From Bigelowiella natans CCMP2755 (lineage: Eukaryota; Protista; Cercozoa): a stretch of DNA of 64,000 bases. The translations under genes were made by a program, and so were the position numbers. Of this stretch, positions 1 to 14,338 are shown in pieces. The stretch covers positions 892-64,891 of the forward strand of contig ADNK01002143.1 in assembly GCA_000320545.1 (NCBI GenBank), in the 5' to 3' direction. The notes beneath the pieces are model-generated. The model did no database searches. It had not been told where the DNA came from and worked only from the letters and a program-made list of their open reading frames with translations. Position 1 is the first letter of the stretch; every line of letters begins with the position of its first letter.

Positions 1-9
1 ATAATGCTA

Positions 10-48
<39 letters not shown>

Positions 49-416
49 AACTACTAGTACTAGTAGTAGTTATTTATACATATACTCAGTAGCTATTCTT
101 CTTCTTCTTCTTCTTCATCTTTTAATACTACTACTGGTACCACTACAACTATAAAGGGATGGAGGGAACCCAGCATCAGAGGTTTGAATGCATAGATCAT
201 GTATATGTATGTGCGTGCTTTGTGTGCGCTTTGTATAATGATAATAATAACAACTAGCATGGTTATATATCATGTATGTCCCTTGTTTGTGTGTTGGACG
301 TGCTTTCCTCCTCGCAACCGTGTTGTTTATTATTCTTACTACACACTGTGACATACACGCATACATACTACTAGTAGTAGTAATACTACTACTAACTGCT
401 ACTGTGTTGTTCATAG

Positions 417-477
417 ATGCCAGATGTCATTCCCAAACCTTTATCTGAAACACAAGCAAAGGCTATTGAGGAAGAAG

Positions 478-518
<41 letters not shown>

Positions 519-1128
519 GATGATGATGTGATGATAGAAGGCATTATTGTCTCATAGGATCATCGTCACCATAAATTATCATGCGTTAATATCTCTTGTT
601 GTTGTTGTTGTCGTTCAGAGCAGTAACAGAGTTTCCGGAGCCTCAGCTTGGAATTCTGCTGGAACATGGGAAGAAAAAGTGCTGCTACCACTTACCTGCT
701 TTGCTTTGTTGTAGATTTATACATTTATATCATTAGTAGTGATGACAATCTACCATTGTGTTATGATTAACAGAGTGTAAAGATATGGGCAAGAGCAAGA
801 CTTGGCCAGCTAATTGAGGTGTGATTATTAGTTTGTTAGTTATAGGAGAAGGTATGCTTTCCTACTCTTCTGACAAGTAGTCTTACTAAACCTATCAAAA
901 TATCGAATAATAGTTATAATAATACACATCGTCATCATCAACAATGATGTTGTAATTATCAATGTATCTAATTTGCTACTGCTGCGTGCATGCAGCACAT
1001 AGGAGCTTTACACGTCCAGGACGATGATGCTTCTTTTCCTGGGAATAGATGTCGTGGGGATGGTGGTGACGGCGGCAAGATTATTGTCTTTCGGATTATC
1101 AAAGTATTATTAGTATTTGTATTAGTAA

Positions 1129-1161
<33 letters not shown>

Positions 1162-1918
1162 AGAAGTAGGATGGATGGATGGATGGATGGATGGATTGTA
1201 GCAAACAATAATATTTATTTCTCCACTCATCATCAAGGAGAACCGCAACAACTGTGTTTTTATTGAGCACTTCATTATGTGCTTTTAAGTAGTATGTTGG
1301 GATGTTTCAATACCAAGTATTAGTTACATGCCATAGATGTATGTGTGCGGGTGGGTGGGTTGGTGGGATTGTTGTTGTTAGCAAAACGTCGTATTAGTAT
1401 CATCATCATCATTATCGTCATTATCATCAATATTCGTAGAAGAAGAAGTGATGACAACAACATTATATCAATGCGATTTTTACCCTTCATTCGCTGCTAC
1501 TTCCACGTACTTGTCCTATTATAATCGCTGTTTTGTTCTTAATCACAATGTAAAGGTCAATTCAGTATCAGGAGAAGCAGATATTGTTTTTATAAGAAAC
1601 AGGAGGTAGTAATCACAATATCTTCTCTTCCTAAAACTGCTGCTAGAGTTGCAGTATTAACACCACTGATATTGATATATCAGGAGATATGGAGTCGACA
1701 TGGAAGCTAGAATATCAATAGATGTTCAAATGGATGCTCAAGTATACACATCATCTTCCACCACTATCATCACAACACTCCATCAAAATGAAAGCGATGA
1801 TGCAATTATAATTATAAAAATAGGAAGAAGAATAACAATGATGATGATCATGATGATGATAGGGAATCATGCCAGTGATGCTGCTGATAAGAAATGGAAG
1901 AGAAATGAGAAGAGAATA

Positions 1919-1962
<44 letters not shown>

Positions 1963-2138
1963 ACGAGATGAAATCAAACAACATAATTTAATTATCATGT
2001 GATTACTATGAGTATGATTATCATCATCATACTACATTTGTATGTAAAGCAGAGCTTCACTCTCAATATAAAGGTGGAGTTGTCAAATAACCAGGTCATA
2101 CTACAACTTCAATATATTCATATATCAAGGCCAATTCT

Positions 2139-2176
<38 letters not shown>

Positions 2177-2858
2177 CAGTGCGAGTATGTGAATGTTGTT
2201 GTTGTTGTTGTTGTTGATGATGATGATGATACGGCTTTTATTCATACATCTCATGCCAGTCATGATCGGGAAAAGGATTGCAATAATTTGGATGGCGTTC
2301 CTTTTTCTCTCTTCATATTTTTCACTTTCCTTTCCACAATTATCGGCTTTGCTTTTTCTATAATTATCTTCTTTCTTTTTTTCTTTTTCTTATCATTGCC
2401 ATCGTTTTTTACACAGGGTACACTTCTGTTCTCCTGCATCAATTTTTGGGTTTCTTTCCTTTTTCTCTCTTTTCTCATTTTCTTTTGCTGAATGGTGTGT
2501 TAAAAAATACCTCTTAGGCAGGATTGCCAGAATTTTCCATAGATTGGGGTGGTGGTGACTTCTGGAATATCAAGGTGGTAGGAGTAAAAGTAGTATTTAC
2601 TTCGTTGTGTATCGTCTTAAACCTAAGAGTAACTACTCTCATAGGTTATTTTTCATGAATAATCACTAATCTCTATTATGTACGTACATGTTTGTAGAAA
2701 AGAGAAAGGATAAAGAATGCAATAAAGAAAGGAGTCATTCCTCCTCTCTCAGATCAGGTATGCTAATCCTGTTTTTCAGTATAGCAATGTGTATCGATGA
2801 TTTCTCGTTATGAATGATTTAGGTGGCGACAATCATCGAAGAAATGAAAGATAAATAG
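417..2858 (+). CDS. Aha1_N-domain Hsp90 co-chaperone (activator of Hsp90 ATPase, N-domain); multi-exon, probably 5'-truncated by the window edge
   Basis: GT-AG exons join to MPDVIPKPLSETQAKAIEEE|SSNRVSGASAWNSAGTWEEK|SVKIWARARLGQLIE...VNSVSGEADIVFIRNR|RYGVDMEARISIDV...VATIIEEMKDK* (TAG 2856-2858). SAWNxAGTWEEK and GEAxIxFIR are Aha1_N hallmarks. Confidence 0.8.
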
Positions 2859-2983
2859 GGAGGAGGGAGGGCAGTAGTACCAGTAGCATTTGGCTGCATG
2901 TTTTCAGTGATGTGTTGCATTGTCAGTAGGGACTACTAAGAGTCTAGACGATGATTCGTATCAAAACACTATTGGTAGTCCCT

Positions 2984-3015
<32 letters not shown>

Positions 3016-3700
3016 TGTAGTGGGAAATAAAACATAAGCGCGTATGCTCCTCAGTCCTGATAGCGATGTTCATCATTATTATCATCATCATGAGTGTCAT
3101 CTTGATTACATGCTAGCATGCATGAAAATTGTCACATCTAGACTTACCTACCTACCTACAGCCATGCAGGCTATCAGGCTACACACCATGCCATAGCTAG
3201 TATAGCTGTTACGGTGCACCACTCGATGGTACTAAAATCTACCAATGTGAAGCTAGAATGTGTCTAGACGCGGTTGAGCGCCGTACGCACAACTATTCTC
3301 ATTAGTCTACATTTTGAGCTTTGTCTCGAGTATGTGTCTAGCGTATATAATAGCAGATAGACATCATCACTACAGGCTAGCAGGGCCATGCATAATGTGT
3401 ATATATGTATATATAGCGTAGCAGCAGCAGCTAGATATCATTATTGGGCCTCTATCTAGTCATGTTGTGCGGTTATAGAAAATCTGTAGCTATACGCTAT
3501 GATCTAGATGATCGATTAGCGCAGCAAGCAACACATCATCACCACAACGAAAGTTGCAGTGAATAAACAGGCATTGATTCCTTGAGATTGGGCTCGCAAG
3601 ACACTACGTCGAATAAAGGCAAAATAAAGCAATGAGGGAACAAGCAACACTCGTTGGCGCCTCTAATCGTTGTTGATCGCAGCAAACCATATTGACATCA

Positions 3701-4284
3701 TTATTTCATGCGTGGAACCAGATGAACAGAATGCTCAATGAGATCACACAATTCCGTAGCATCGTTAATGCCAAGCTTCAGGGATATTGGTATGTCCTAC
3801 CATAATGTGCCCAGAGTTAGGTAATACTCATCTCAACTTATGATCAAACTTATAATTACCTGGAGAGTATTTAAGGTTTGCTGTACAGCCTTAGAAGTCT
3901 ATAGCCAAGAATGAATATTAACTTTTGAGAAAATCGGATTAAATTGTGTATAGTGCTTTATAATGAGAACCTCCTTCAATACGTCCTCGATTCCTTGCAT
4001 TTTATTGTTGACAACCGTTGGCATTTTGCTCAGAAATTTCCTAAAAAACGCAGCTTCATTTTAATTTGGGGTAGTAGCACAATAAAGCTCTGTATCTATA
4101 CCTATTTTTCCCGATGAGGCTGAAGACGGCGGGACTCATCGTTATTCTAGCTGGATCGGATAGCGGGAACGACGACGCATTTACATCTTCCAAGCCTTTT
4201 TCCTCATATCCATTGCCATCATCCAGTTTGGTATCAGGAAACAAACCTGAATCATCATCATCATGGTATCAGGAAACAAACCTG

Positions 4285-4317
<33 letters not shown>

Positions 4318-4753
4318 CGATTAATTTAGCGGAAGAAGAACTACGGTGGAATTGCTATGGTGAGGGACTCACCACTCATTGCCTTCTTTGTTGCGTTTTC
4401 ATCATCATCATCAGTATTGCTACCAGGCTTCAGCATAGTAAGGTGTGGCATATTATTATTTCCCTGTGAAAGTGTAAATCATTTATTGCCATCATCCAAA
4501 CAACATAAATCAGAAAATTAGCGCGTATTTACAGCCTGCTTTTATACCGTGGTTTCTTCCTCTGATTTTCCTCCTGATTTGACATCACCCTCGCTGGAAG
4601 CATTTTCTTCAAATAAAGCAGCATTTGGTTGAAGGGTCTGCTCTTCCTGCTGTGTGTGGCGTAGACATGAATGAAAAAATACACTTTTTTTTTCAATATC
4701 ATCCTCACCTCATTGTCTGTAGATTCATCGTCCTCCCCTAGCACGGTGCTCAT
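3701..4753 (-). CDS. Hypothetical acidic protein, about 7 exons
   Basis: Phase-compatible GT-AG exons: MSTVLGEDDESTDNE|QEEQTLQPNAALFEENASSEGD...|GNNNMPH...KAMS|GLFPDTKLDDGNG...GKN|RKFLSKMPTVVNNKMQGIEDVLKE|TSKAVQQTLNTLQ|DIPISLKLGINDATELCDLIEHS. No recognisable domain; 3' end uncertain. Confidence 0.5.
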
Positions 4754-4940
4754 CTTCCTCAAGTCTCCCCCTCTCAAGACAATGAAGATCGAGAGTCCGT
4801 TCTCTATATTCTTAGTCGCACCCTATTTCTTCCTTGCGACAAGCAGACAGAAGGCTATTTCTGCCTTTGCGACAAATCATTCTGGGAGCATACCAGAGCT
4901 TGGCATGTAGTCATGTAGTCGACTGCTCAAGATTTATGAA

Positions 4941-6575
4941 ATGTTTGCAGGCAACAATGAGCATGAGACAAAGATTCATGTGCTATTATTAAATCATGCT
5001 GATTTTATGTCTTATTTACTAGGAACAACAACCACTAATTTCATTTTCGCTCATGCCATACAAGTACGACTTCCATGGATAAATGGATGATGCCAAGGTT
5101 TTACGATCGATCAGTACTACCATATGCATTACCTGTGCATGTTGGAACTTCAAGGAACTTTAACGACGCATATCTAGCAAGATGTTTCCGCCTGATGCTT
5201 ACAAATTTGCAGAATTCGGATTCACCAATCCTGGAACCTCAGCAGGATTGTGAAAACAATGACCACAAATACTTAAATGAAATCGAAGATAATTCGGACA
5301 GCATCGATTCCTATCTTCAAGATGCAGAACTCTTTGTGGAGATTTTTAAATATTTGCCAGGCAATAAACCATCTCTGAGCACGAATGTTACTTTTCTATC
5401 GTATATCTTGGTACGATCTCAAACAAAATAATCTGCAATTTAGCTTTCGATGTACACAAGAGGCTGAAAATGGTATCAAAAACTTGGCTTCGACGTGCGA
5501 AAGATGATTATCTATGGATGTACTTATGTGAACCTTACTGGCCAAAGGTCAGTTAACCATTTGTTGGACCGTGACACTTAGTAATCATATGCTGTTCTTG
5601 AGTGATATTGTTTTGTTAAGATTGTATTGAGGCGGTCTCTTCGCAAGTACAAAAGCTGGACGTCAATGTTCCTTCGGAGACCTCACGTTAACTTTGATGG
5701 TGATTACCATCGGTGAACAGCGGCAAAGTACTTGATTCAATTTTTATAGGTATCTATGTTTACGAGAAAGCCTATTGGAAGACGGCAACTTTAATGGGCC
5801 ATTTGACATTGGAGAGGAAAGCTGTAAAGTATGACTAGCTCAACTCGTTTGGCAAGTTTCGTTTTCACTATTGGAGGTGATTATTCTCTGTTGATAATGA
5901 AATTAGGTGTGCGTACTACAGGTGCTCCAAGCTCCATCCACCTTGTCTGTTTGTTCTAATTCTATTTGTTGTACACATCCGTTTCAAATAATTGGAATGA
6001 AATTTAAGATATCTTCGATTTTTCCCGAATGGGCGAGCACTTTACGCACTTGTAAACCTTGAGCCAAGGAGAATGATTTCTCAAGTATATTCTGGAAGTT
6101 CTAAGGTCCACGAGGGATTGTACAAGGTATTTTCTGAATGTTGCATATAATTGTAACGCAAAAACGACTAGTAAGATCTTTATAGAGGGCCATCTCACAA
6201 AATAATTGACTTTCAGCTTTTAGAAAACTGAATATTAACAATTACAGGTCCGAAAAGGAATTGTATTTATCGTAGTTCATGTCGGGTACATGAAAGTGTC
6301 AATGAAACTCAAAATCTACAATCGTAAGGGATGGTGCGTAATACATTTTATATTACTTTCTGATAATCTTTCATCACCATTTGGTTAATGTAGGTTCGGC
6401 CGTATGCGTATTGAATCCCTGGAAGGAACTGATCCCAAAAATGGGGAAGTCATGTGCCCATTAGTTCCTTTCTTTCTTTTCATGATTTCTCCTTGCATAT
6501 CCTGGGTTATAGGTAACGTCGTTTCCGGTAGACAAAGAACCCTTTTTATTCCACAGGCTGGCGGTGATGAAATGA
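4941..6575 (+). CDS. FBXO9: F-box protein, FBXO9/Hrt3 family
   Basis: Spliced F-box AELFVEIFKYLP..DVHKRLKMVSKTWLRRAKDDYLWMYLC, then WTSMFLRRPHVNFDGIYV and YYRYLRFFPNG, the characteristic FBXO9 motifs. Stop TGA 6573-6575; start codon uncertain. Confidence 0.82.
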
Positions 6576-7634
6576 TAATATTGCGAAATCACAACACTTT
6601 TAAGCAGTATAATTCAATATGTACAGCATGAGCAGACGCATCGCCGGGGCGACTGATAGTTAGTATAAACTGCTTCCTAGATATCATTTGGGCTTATTCC
6701 AGCAATGCAATAGCCAAAATCCATGTCTAGATGTGCATTAATCCTATGACCTTCTTTAATTCCTAATCTGATATGAGTGAAGTCCCGCTCGCGTAATGGC
6801 TAGATGGATAATTACTTTACCTTAATGATTGCAACATGTGCACTACAAGAGCTGGTAACACATGCGACATTGACAGATCTAGAGATTCTACAATAATGCT
6901 ACGTTGCTGACTCGTGCATTGCACAATCACATGTTGTAACCCAGCATGTGGTAATGGACATAAGGAATCTACTAGCTACGCATTTAATGCGAACACACAT
7001 TTCACAACTAACATGCCATGCTAGCATGTTTAATGTCCATTACTCGCTTCAATCGGTTAGGATGACTAGATTTGCTGTGTGTTCGATGTGTATATGGATG
7101 ATGACTTGCTAGCTGGCCTGCGGCTCAGAACGCTCTAGCTTCACCGCGTGTACGAGCTTGCGCATCGTTTACCATCAAGCTAGCAAGTCGGGTCGTATCG
7201 GTCCACATCATCAGACGCTGTTACTACAAGCTGGGCACATGCATCGTATTTTTCACCGACATAATAATGACACGGTACGCACTCATACACAGCCAGCAAT
7301 GACAGTCTAGCAGTGCTCTGTGATCATCATGCATGCGCCATGCTAGCATGGCTAGATGGTGCACTCGCCAAATCGAAGATGCATTGCCCGCTAGCCCGGC
7401 CTGACTAGCTGGCATTTTCGGGATCAGAATCTGCAATAACGAGAGCTTGTTGTCTCTTTGTGGTTTTCTGCGCCTTTTTTTGTTCTTCGCAGAGCTAGTA
7501 CGCGCACTACAGCATGATCTCTAGATCTAATGCATGGGTTGTTGATGCCATGCGATGAGTGAGCAGTAGTGGCGTTACCCTGCGGCCATGCAGCAAGTCT
7601 TAGTTGACCTTACATTCTGTCCGGAGCTATTTAA

Positions 7635-9119
7635 TCATGCCGACGGTTTCTCCTTTATTTGATCTAGTTGATTTCCATCCGAAGAGGGTGACATTTTATT
7701 GCCACCTCCTGAGTTATTCCCTTTGCCTCTCCACCCTGCTGCTGCTGCCATGTTTTTTGGTGCAGGCGTAACCGGGATATGCTCTATTGATACCTTCACA
7801 AGTGAAATAGAAGTAACATACCATACAAAAGCATCAGCACCAGGAAAACATGACAACTTGGTCACAGTCGTTGTAATATGCTACATCTTTTGCTGTATTT
7901 TCATGCGTGAATGGTGGGAGGAGTTTTGATTATGAATTTTGGTTTGCTGTACAGCACCACAGCCGATGAAACGCACATAACAAAAACCGGCAGCATAGCA
8001 TCGTTACTTATGAAAAACTGATGATGGTGATGTTGATACTCGCAATCATCATCATCATCATCATCATTAAGACAAAATGGATTCACCTCTTCTTCCGGTA
8101 TGGTTTGAATATGTGGTGGTTCCCATGACGATTCTCCCGTCTTTAGGTTGAAGAAGTAGAGTTGTCCGTGCTCAGAGTCGCGATGTGCACTCCAGCCATC
8201 TGGAAGTCGCATGTCAATACTGCTGCTGCTTTGGTGTTCGCTATGACTATCTTGTGATAGCGCGGCAATCTTTGCAGAAGTTATCGTGGAGTTTGATGTA
8301 GCATGGCGTTCGAAAGGTCTCATAGCGTCTCGTTTGTTGTCGTCGTGATTCTTAATCACCCCACTTCTTCCATGCACCGAAGATGAAGAAGAAGAAGAGG
8401 GAGGGGGGGTTGTTGTTTTCACGTCGTCGTATTTCTCGAGACTCACCACCTGTCGCTCCTAATGCCAAAGCAGTATTAGGCACAACGTTCGTTTGAGGAA
8501 AGGCCAAAAAAGTAGCACTTGAATGGAAATTCATGAAACGTGAAAATGATGTCCTGTAAATATACCTTCTTGTCCCGACTATGGAACGCCTTCATCTTGT
8601 TCATACTAATCATGTTTGTACTTCGTCTGTTTTGGAAACTCTCCCTGTCCGTTTGTAGACACACTTTCGATCTCAGATAGAACACGACGAAGGCCAGAAA
8701 CATTATCACTATTACAACGTGAGCAGCAATTATGATTGCCCTTACAAAGTCGGCAAACCCACTACTGTTTCCGTCTCTGTTCTCATCTGCAACTGTTGTC
8801 AGTACCATCAAGGCCGCAGATCCAAAGAACTTGGACAAGTTTATCACGGATAGAATACGGTTGCGCCATCGTTGAACGCATGGAGTCATACATGTATACA
8901 TCGCCGCTTGGAATCCAAAGATCGTCGCCATCAAACCGCTCTGGGGTATTATTAGCATCTAGTAACTAGATGTTTGCTTAGGTGTTTGTGTGCGAAATAT
9001 AAGTTATAGTCCTGATATTAAGACATGATAGCTTCCTTCAACGCGGCAGCCATTATTATAAAGGATACACCACCCAGATGTATCATGATTATACACATGA
9101 CGCACATATATGTATAATA

Positions 9120-9163
<44 letters not shown>

Positions 9164-10061
9164 GTGTGTGTGTGTGTGTAATTAATTATTCGAGGTGCTT
9201 CCTATTGGTTTAGAACTTAGACTTTAAGAAAAATACCATTAAGGCGGCGTTAACACTGAGAAGCGCCAACAACACACCGATAAGCACCTGCGAACAACGA
9301 AAAGAACCTTGACATTGTTTTCAGTCGCAGCTAAAAAAGAGATGTTTACACATAATGTGACTGTGTGCGGAATATGACTGCGTGTGTGCGTGTGCGTGTG
9401 TAGGTTACCCGGATGGATAAGTCGACAATCGCTAGGTAAAAGTACTCGTCTTCATAGTGAGAGCAGAGAACCTTGGAATAACAACAATCGTCAGATATGT
9501 TACATTGAATCCTGAATTAACGCAGAAACGACGGGTAGATACTTTATCGATGGAAGTCCAAACAGCGTAGCCAAATAAACCTTCTTCAAACTGTGAAAAT
9601 GTAGAAGAAAAAAGCAAGTATTCTTTGTATTGACTATAAGCAATGGTGGGCATGGGCATGGGCAAGAAGAAGAGCAAGAATAGAGTATATATCATATTTT
9701 ATTTGAAACAACAACCGTGTTCGTTACGTGCTGAATGTAATCATGCATAGCACCATCTAATTGTGATAATAATAGGTAGTAGTGACTTCTATATGATGAT
9801 AAGATTTCGCATCTTATTTACCGTGCGTCCCTTTCTATCCACAACCTCATATATGATCAATGCCATACCCGCCGCCAAGAAAACCAGTGTCATACCTTTT
9901 CAAGTCAGAGCAGATTTTGATCGTTGCAATGTAGCGTGTGTTTAGTAAACACATTTTTTATGCTGTCGGTAGTACACACTTGGAAGAATTTTGAGGCCTA
10001 CATTTGCCATTTCAGTACCCAATTGCAGCTCATACGCTGCCCCCAATGACAGAGACCCTCT

Positions 10062-10129
<68 letters not shown>

Positions 10130-10593
10130 GCAGGAATGGATTTCATCTACATAATATTTATTCGTGGCTTTACATAGATGAACCAATGATCGGTCTCACT
10201 CTCCTCAATCTGTGTCTTGGGATGTGTGTATACTGTGCTAGGGATGGTGATACGATTACATACATAGAAAGATTGCATAGTCGCACAGCGTTCTTGAAAA
10301 TAGTGATAGTCAATTTCCTCCTCCTCTCCTTCCTTTTCTCCTCCTCCTCTCCTTGGTTTCCGGCAATATCCATTAAAGACGTTGTTATTCCAAACAGGCA
10401 GACAACGAAGAGTACCCCCATTATGCTGATCCACATTACTTCCAACACGTTTGATGGCATTACACCAGCCAAGATCAAGAAAGAGCCAATTGGATCGCTC
10501 TCCCTAACGATAATTTTAACGAGGATGATGATGGTGATGAGTAGGAGAAGGAAGAAGAGGGCTACAGAGGAATTGAATTGAGGAGCTTATTCA

Positions 10594-10631
<38 letters not shown>

Positions 10632-12627
10632 TTCAACCTTGGAGTATTCGTCGTTTCAGATTGTGAGAAGTATGGTATGATGAAAGCTGCCCAAGAGAAT
10701 GATACGCCAAGAGACCGCAGTACAGGGCCTGTGCTAAGAAACCCTACCATTCCTTGATATGCTACAAATTGACAGTAGTCTATGAATAGAAGAGATATCA
10801 TTGGATCTGCTGATGGGACTCCTAGGAGGCCTCCGCCGCCTCCGCTTCCCCCCCCTAATGTATGTATATATGTGTGTGTTTTTATACGAATATGATATTC
10901 CATAATGCTTGTAGTACCAGCTGCAACTGCAATGGTCGCGGCCGCAGTAAGAGCTACAACAGCTGTTGTAGAAGCTGTCAACAATGCATCATTTGATAAT
11001 GTGCATTCTGGAGAAGAAGAAGAAGAAGAAGAAGAAGAAGAAGAAGATGGAGACCACGAACACGCCGACACATTGCAAAACAGATGTCCTTGTGACGAGG
11101 AGTCCCTATCATCGCTGAAGCTTAATCCATCTTTACAATCAACGTGTGCGTATTGAACCTGCAAGAAATTTTGAATGAGAGTGCTGTAGAGAAATATAGA
11201 GAGGGGAGGGGGAAGGGAGTGTATGTACATATTAGGATATATGTAACGTATGGATTGTTTGGTGATGGTTGTTGTATAGACCGTTTTATTCCCTAGTGCA
11301 CAGTCGTAAATGGCACCGGAGGGACAGGAAGTAGAATTGCCATCATGTGAAATCTAACAATTAAATCATTGTGCAATAGCAGTAACAAATCATGCAAGGG
11401 GGAGGAAGGAGGGACTTTGTAGTAGGCACCTACTCGCATTTTATGTCTAGAAATGTGTTGTGTGAATGCAAAATGATGCAGAGCATGACAGTCAAAGTAG
11501 CAAGAGGAACAAGTATTCGAGAAGAGAAAGAGAGTATACGAGATATCATCTACCTTCGAAACACATGACGCTTCTCTATCAAGGCACATGTTTTGACCTG
11601 ATCAGGATTCAAATCATTTACCCACATTTGAATAATTCGAAATCTACCATCGCATTCATTTCACGATACTGACATCATTTAACTAGACTACTCTTTCCAC
11701 TGCTGCTGCTACTGCTATCATATCAACAACCTGTGCACGATGAACATGATTGTGTAAATTTCGTCACAACTGCATATTCGATGTTCAGATCTCCGCATTC
11801 ACAAAGGACCGGTGCTGCAGTAGAGGGAGTTGCCGTGGAAGGAGATACGGTTGGGGTTTGAGTAGGGCTTGAGGTGCAAAAGCCGCAAGTGAAAGCGTTC
11901 GTACATCGCGAACAGATAACGCCGCTATCCTGATTGGGTCGACCCGAGGACCCTGCTTGAGTGATACTACATTCGTGCATTTTCACATAATACTACGTTA
12001 AGATCATCGAAGTAGTATTCTACAAATTTATTGTGCATAAATAAAGGCCACCACACATAGTTTTCTTCTAAGGCTAAGAATCTCATTAAAGAAATATCTC
12101 TCATGTCCAACGGACTACATCCGCATTCAAAATCAGGTCCTCTCCGGGTAAATGAGTTGGTGTGTCGTTGTTTTTTTATAACATAATGATAGTATGGCAC
12201 TAATTGCATGTGGTGACAGCAGCAGGAAACCTGGTGTAACGATAGCACTTCTGATAATCAGATGAACCGCTCCCCTTGACGTACGTAAATGCTACACAAG
12301 TGGACAACTACCACCGAGTATAGTATAACAACACATATGTTAGTGACAAGTATTAAATTAGATCTACTGAGGAGATTGTGGATCTCACCGCTTCACAGAG
12401 AGAATAGCATGCACTCGTAGATGCGATGTTGGCGGGGGAGTCAAAATAGGGCTGCAGCCAATCATAATTGCTGATTGATTATCGTTGGAAGAGGATCGTG
12501 AGACAACAACTGTACTAGCAACCGACTGCATAAACAAGGTTTCTCGATAATAATACCTGATAATCTCTGCAGACGTAGTATACACGAGAAGAAATAACAC
12601 AATAATTCTAATAATGAATAAACCCAT
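7635..12627 (-). CDS. Signal peptide + Cys-rich/Thr-Pro ectodomain + about 7 TM region + cytosolic WW domain; receptor- or TRP-like membrane protein
   Basis: N-terminal MGLFIIRIIVLFLLVYTTSA; Cys-rich exons at 11500-12290; hydrophobic exons LLFIDYCQFVAYQGMVG...FSWAAFIIP, WISIMGVLFVVCLFG, IIIAAHVVIVIMFLAFVVFYL; WW domain LPDGWSAHRDSEHGQLYFFNLKTGESSWEPP at about 8114-8206. Exon joins only partly resolved. Confidence 0.65.
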
Positions 12628-13094
12628 GAGCTTTAAGCTTTAAGGCAGTTACAGCTGCTTTAAGTTGGTGGGGGGAGGTAGCATGAGCGTGATCAGTTAT
12701 TATTTTGATGTCAGACAGAGTCGGTTATTTTCGGTTATCTCCTACCTGACAAACCAATCCGAGACATGTATAATTACTACGAGCTGTTAGGGTTAAGATG
12801 TTTAATTGATAAAAAATGGACTAAAATGATACCACAGAGAATCTTCCAATCCAATCCTAACAACATGATGCACATGTGTACATTACTATATAGGCTGTAG
12901 GATGTTTCTCCGATTAAAAAGGGAGAGTAGTGAGTTTTGAAGAATCACATAAGTACTAAGATAAATCCTATGTGGTTTTTATGGTGCGACAATAAAACTA
13001 TGTTCTTTTTTGTGATAAATTGCCTAGAACTGCTCCTCAAGAAGGAATTAACCACACCTCCTCCTCCTCCCTCCTCCTCCTCCTCCTCCTCCCG

Positions 13095-13841
13095 ATGACC
13101 CCGCTCTCTGGGATACTCCAGTGCAGAAGTGAGTAGTTATGATGACACAGAAAAACAAAATGGGAGGCTAAATTCATCAAATCCTTTTTTGTTGGTGCAG
13201 GGTGTGGGGAGAAGGGCCATCGTTCATTTCAATGCAAGAAGAAGGCCGACAGCAACACCATATGCTATCGATGCAAGAGGAAAGGACACTTTGCGTGGCA
13301 GTGGTCACTATATTAACATTTTATCATAATTTCTGCTTAAAGAAGCTGAGCTAACTCTACTACTTTGCACTTCTCCTCTTCCATCTTCCATCTTCCATCC
13401 ACTGTGTAGCGGTATAAACATCAAGTGCCACCGTTGCGGAGAGATGGGACATTACTCACGCGATTGCAAGATTCCGTATGTGCTACAACTGTGTGAAAGA
13501 AGAAGAAAATACAAATATTGTGTAAAAATCGGAAGAAGCAACGACAAGAACAAGAGATCCCCTCTCTTTCCTTTGATAACTTTCCTTATTGCTTAGTCGC
13601 AACGTTACTTGCAACCACTGCGGTAAGGAAGGGCACGTGATCAAAGAATGTGTGGAGTTCCTTCAGGTTATTATCATGCATAGTGCTCGCATTATAAGTG
13701 GGGAGCAGCCAGTCAGTGGGACATCGAAGATATAATGATAATATTAATAATAAATAGAGATGATGATGATGATGATGATGATGATGATAACTGTGAAACG
13801 ACAATAACAACAGACCAAGTAGCTGTAGCATGCATGGAATG

Positions 13842-13882
<41 letters not shown>

Positions 13883-14077
13883 TGCAGTGATTATTCTCAT
13901 ACTATGAATACTATTACTTTGAAAGAAAACAACATGTTTCGGCTGCGGGCAGACCGGTCATCTTCGTTCTCAATGCCCCGTAAATCCATCATCAGGGTAA
14001 GAATATCAGTAACTAGTTACGACGGTACATGCATGGATATCTGTTTGAATAATTCAACATGATATATTTCTGTCGTT

Positions 14078-14112
<35 letters not shown>

Positions 14113-14305
14113 TATACATATATACATGTACTCATACTACCACTCATGCTAAAAATTTAGAATACGTTGCTTTCGTTGCGGTGGAATCGGTCACAGAATA
14201 GAAGTTTGTCCAACAAAACCTGGACGGGGAGGTAGTAGAGAAGAAGAAGGAATACTGTTCAAACGGCGGAGAATGAAAAGAATAGACGATGCTGACAATA
14301 AGGTT

Positions 14306-14338
<33 letters not shown>

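Noticed and set aside
13095-14300. Retrotransposon gag, suggested by the zinc knuckles
   Set aside because: Six knuckles on spliced exons, with no protease, RT, integrase or LTRs: a cellular gene.
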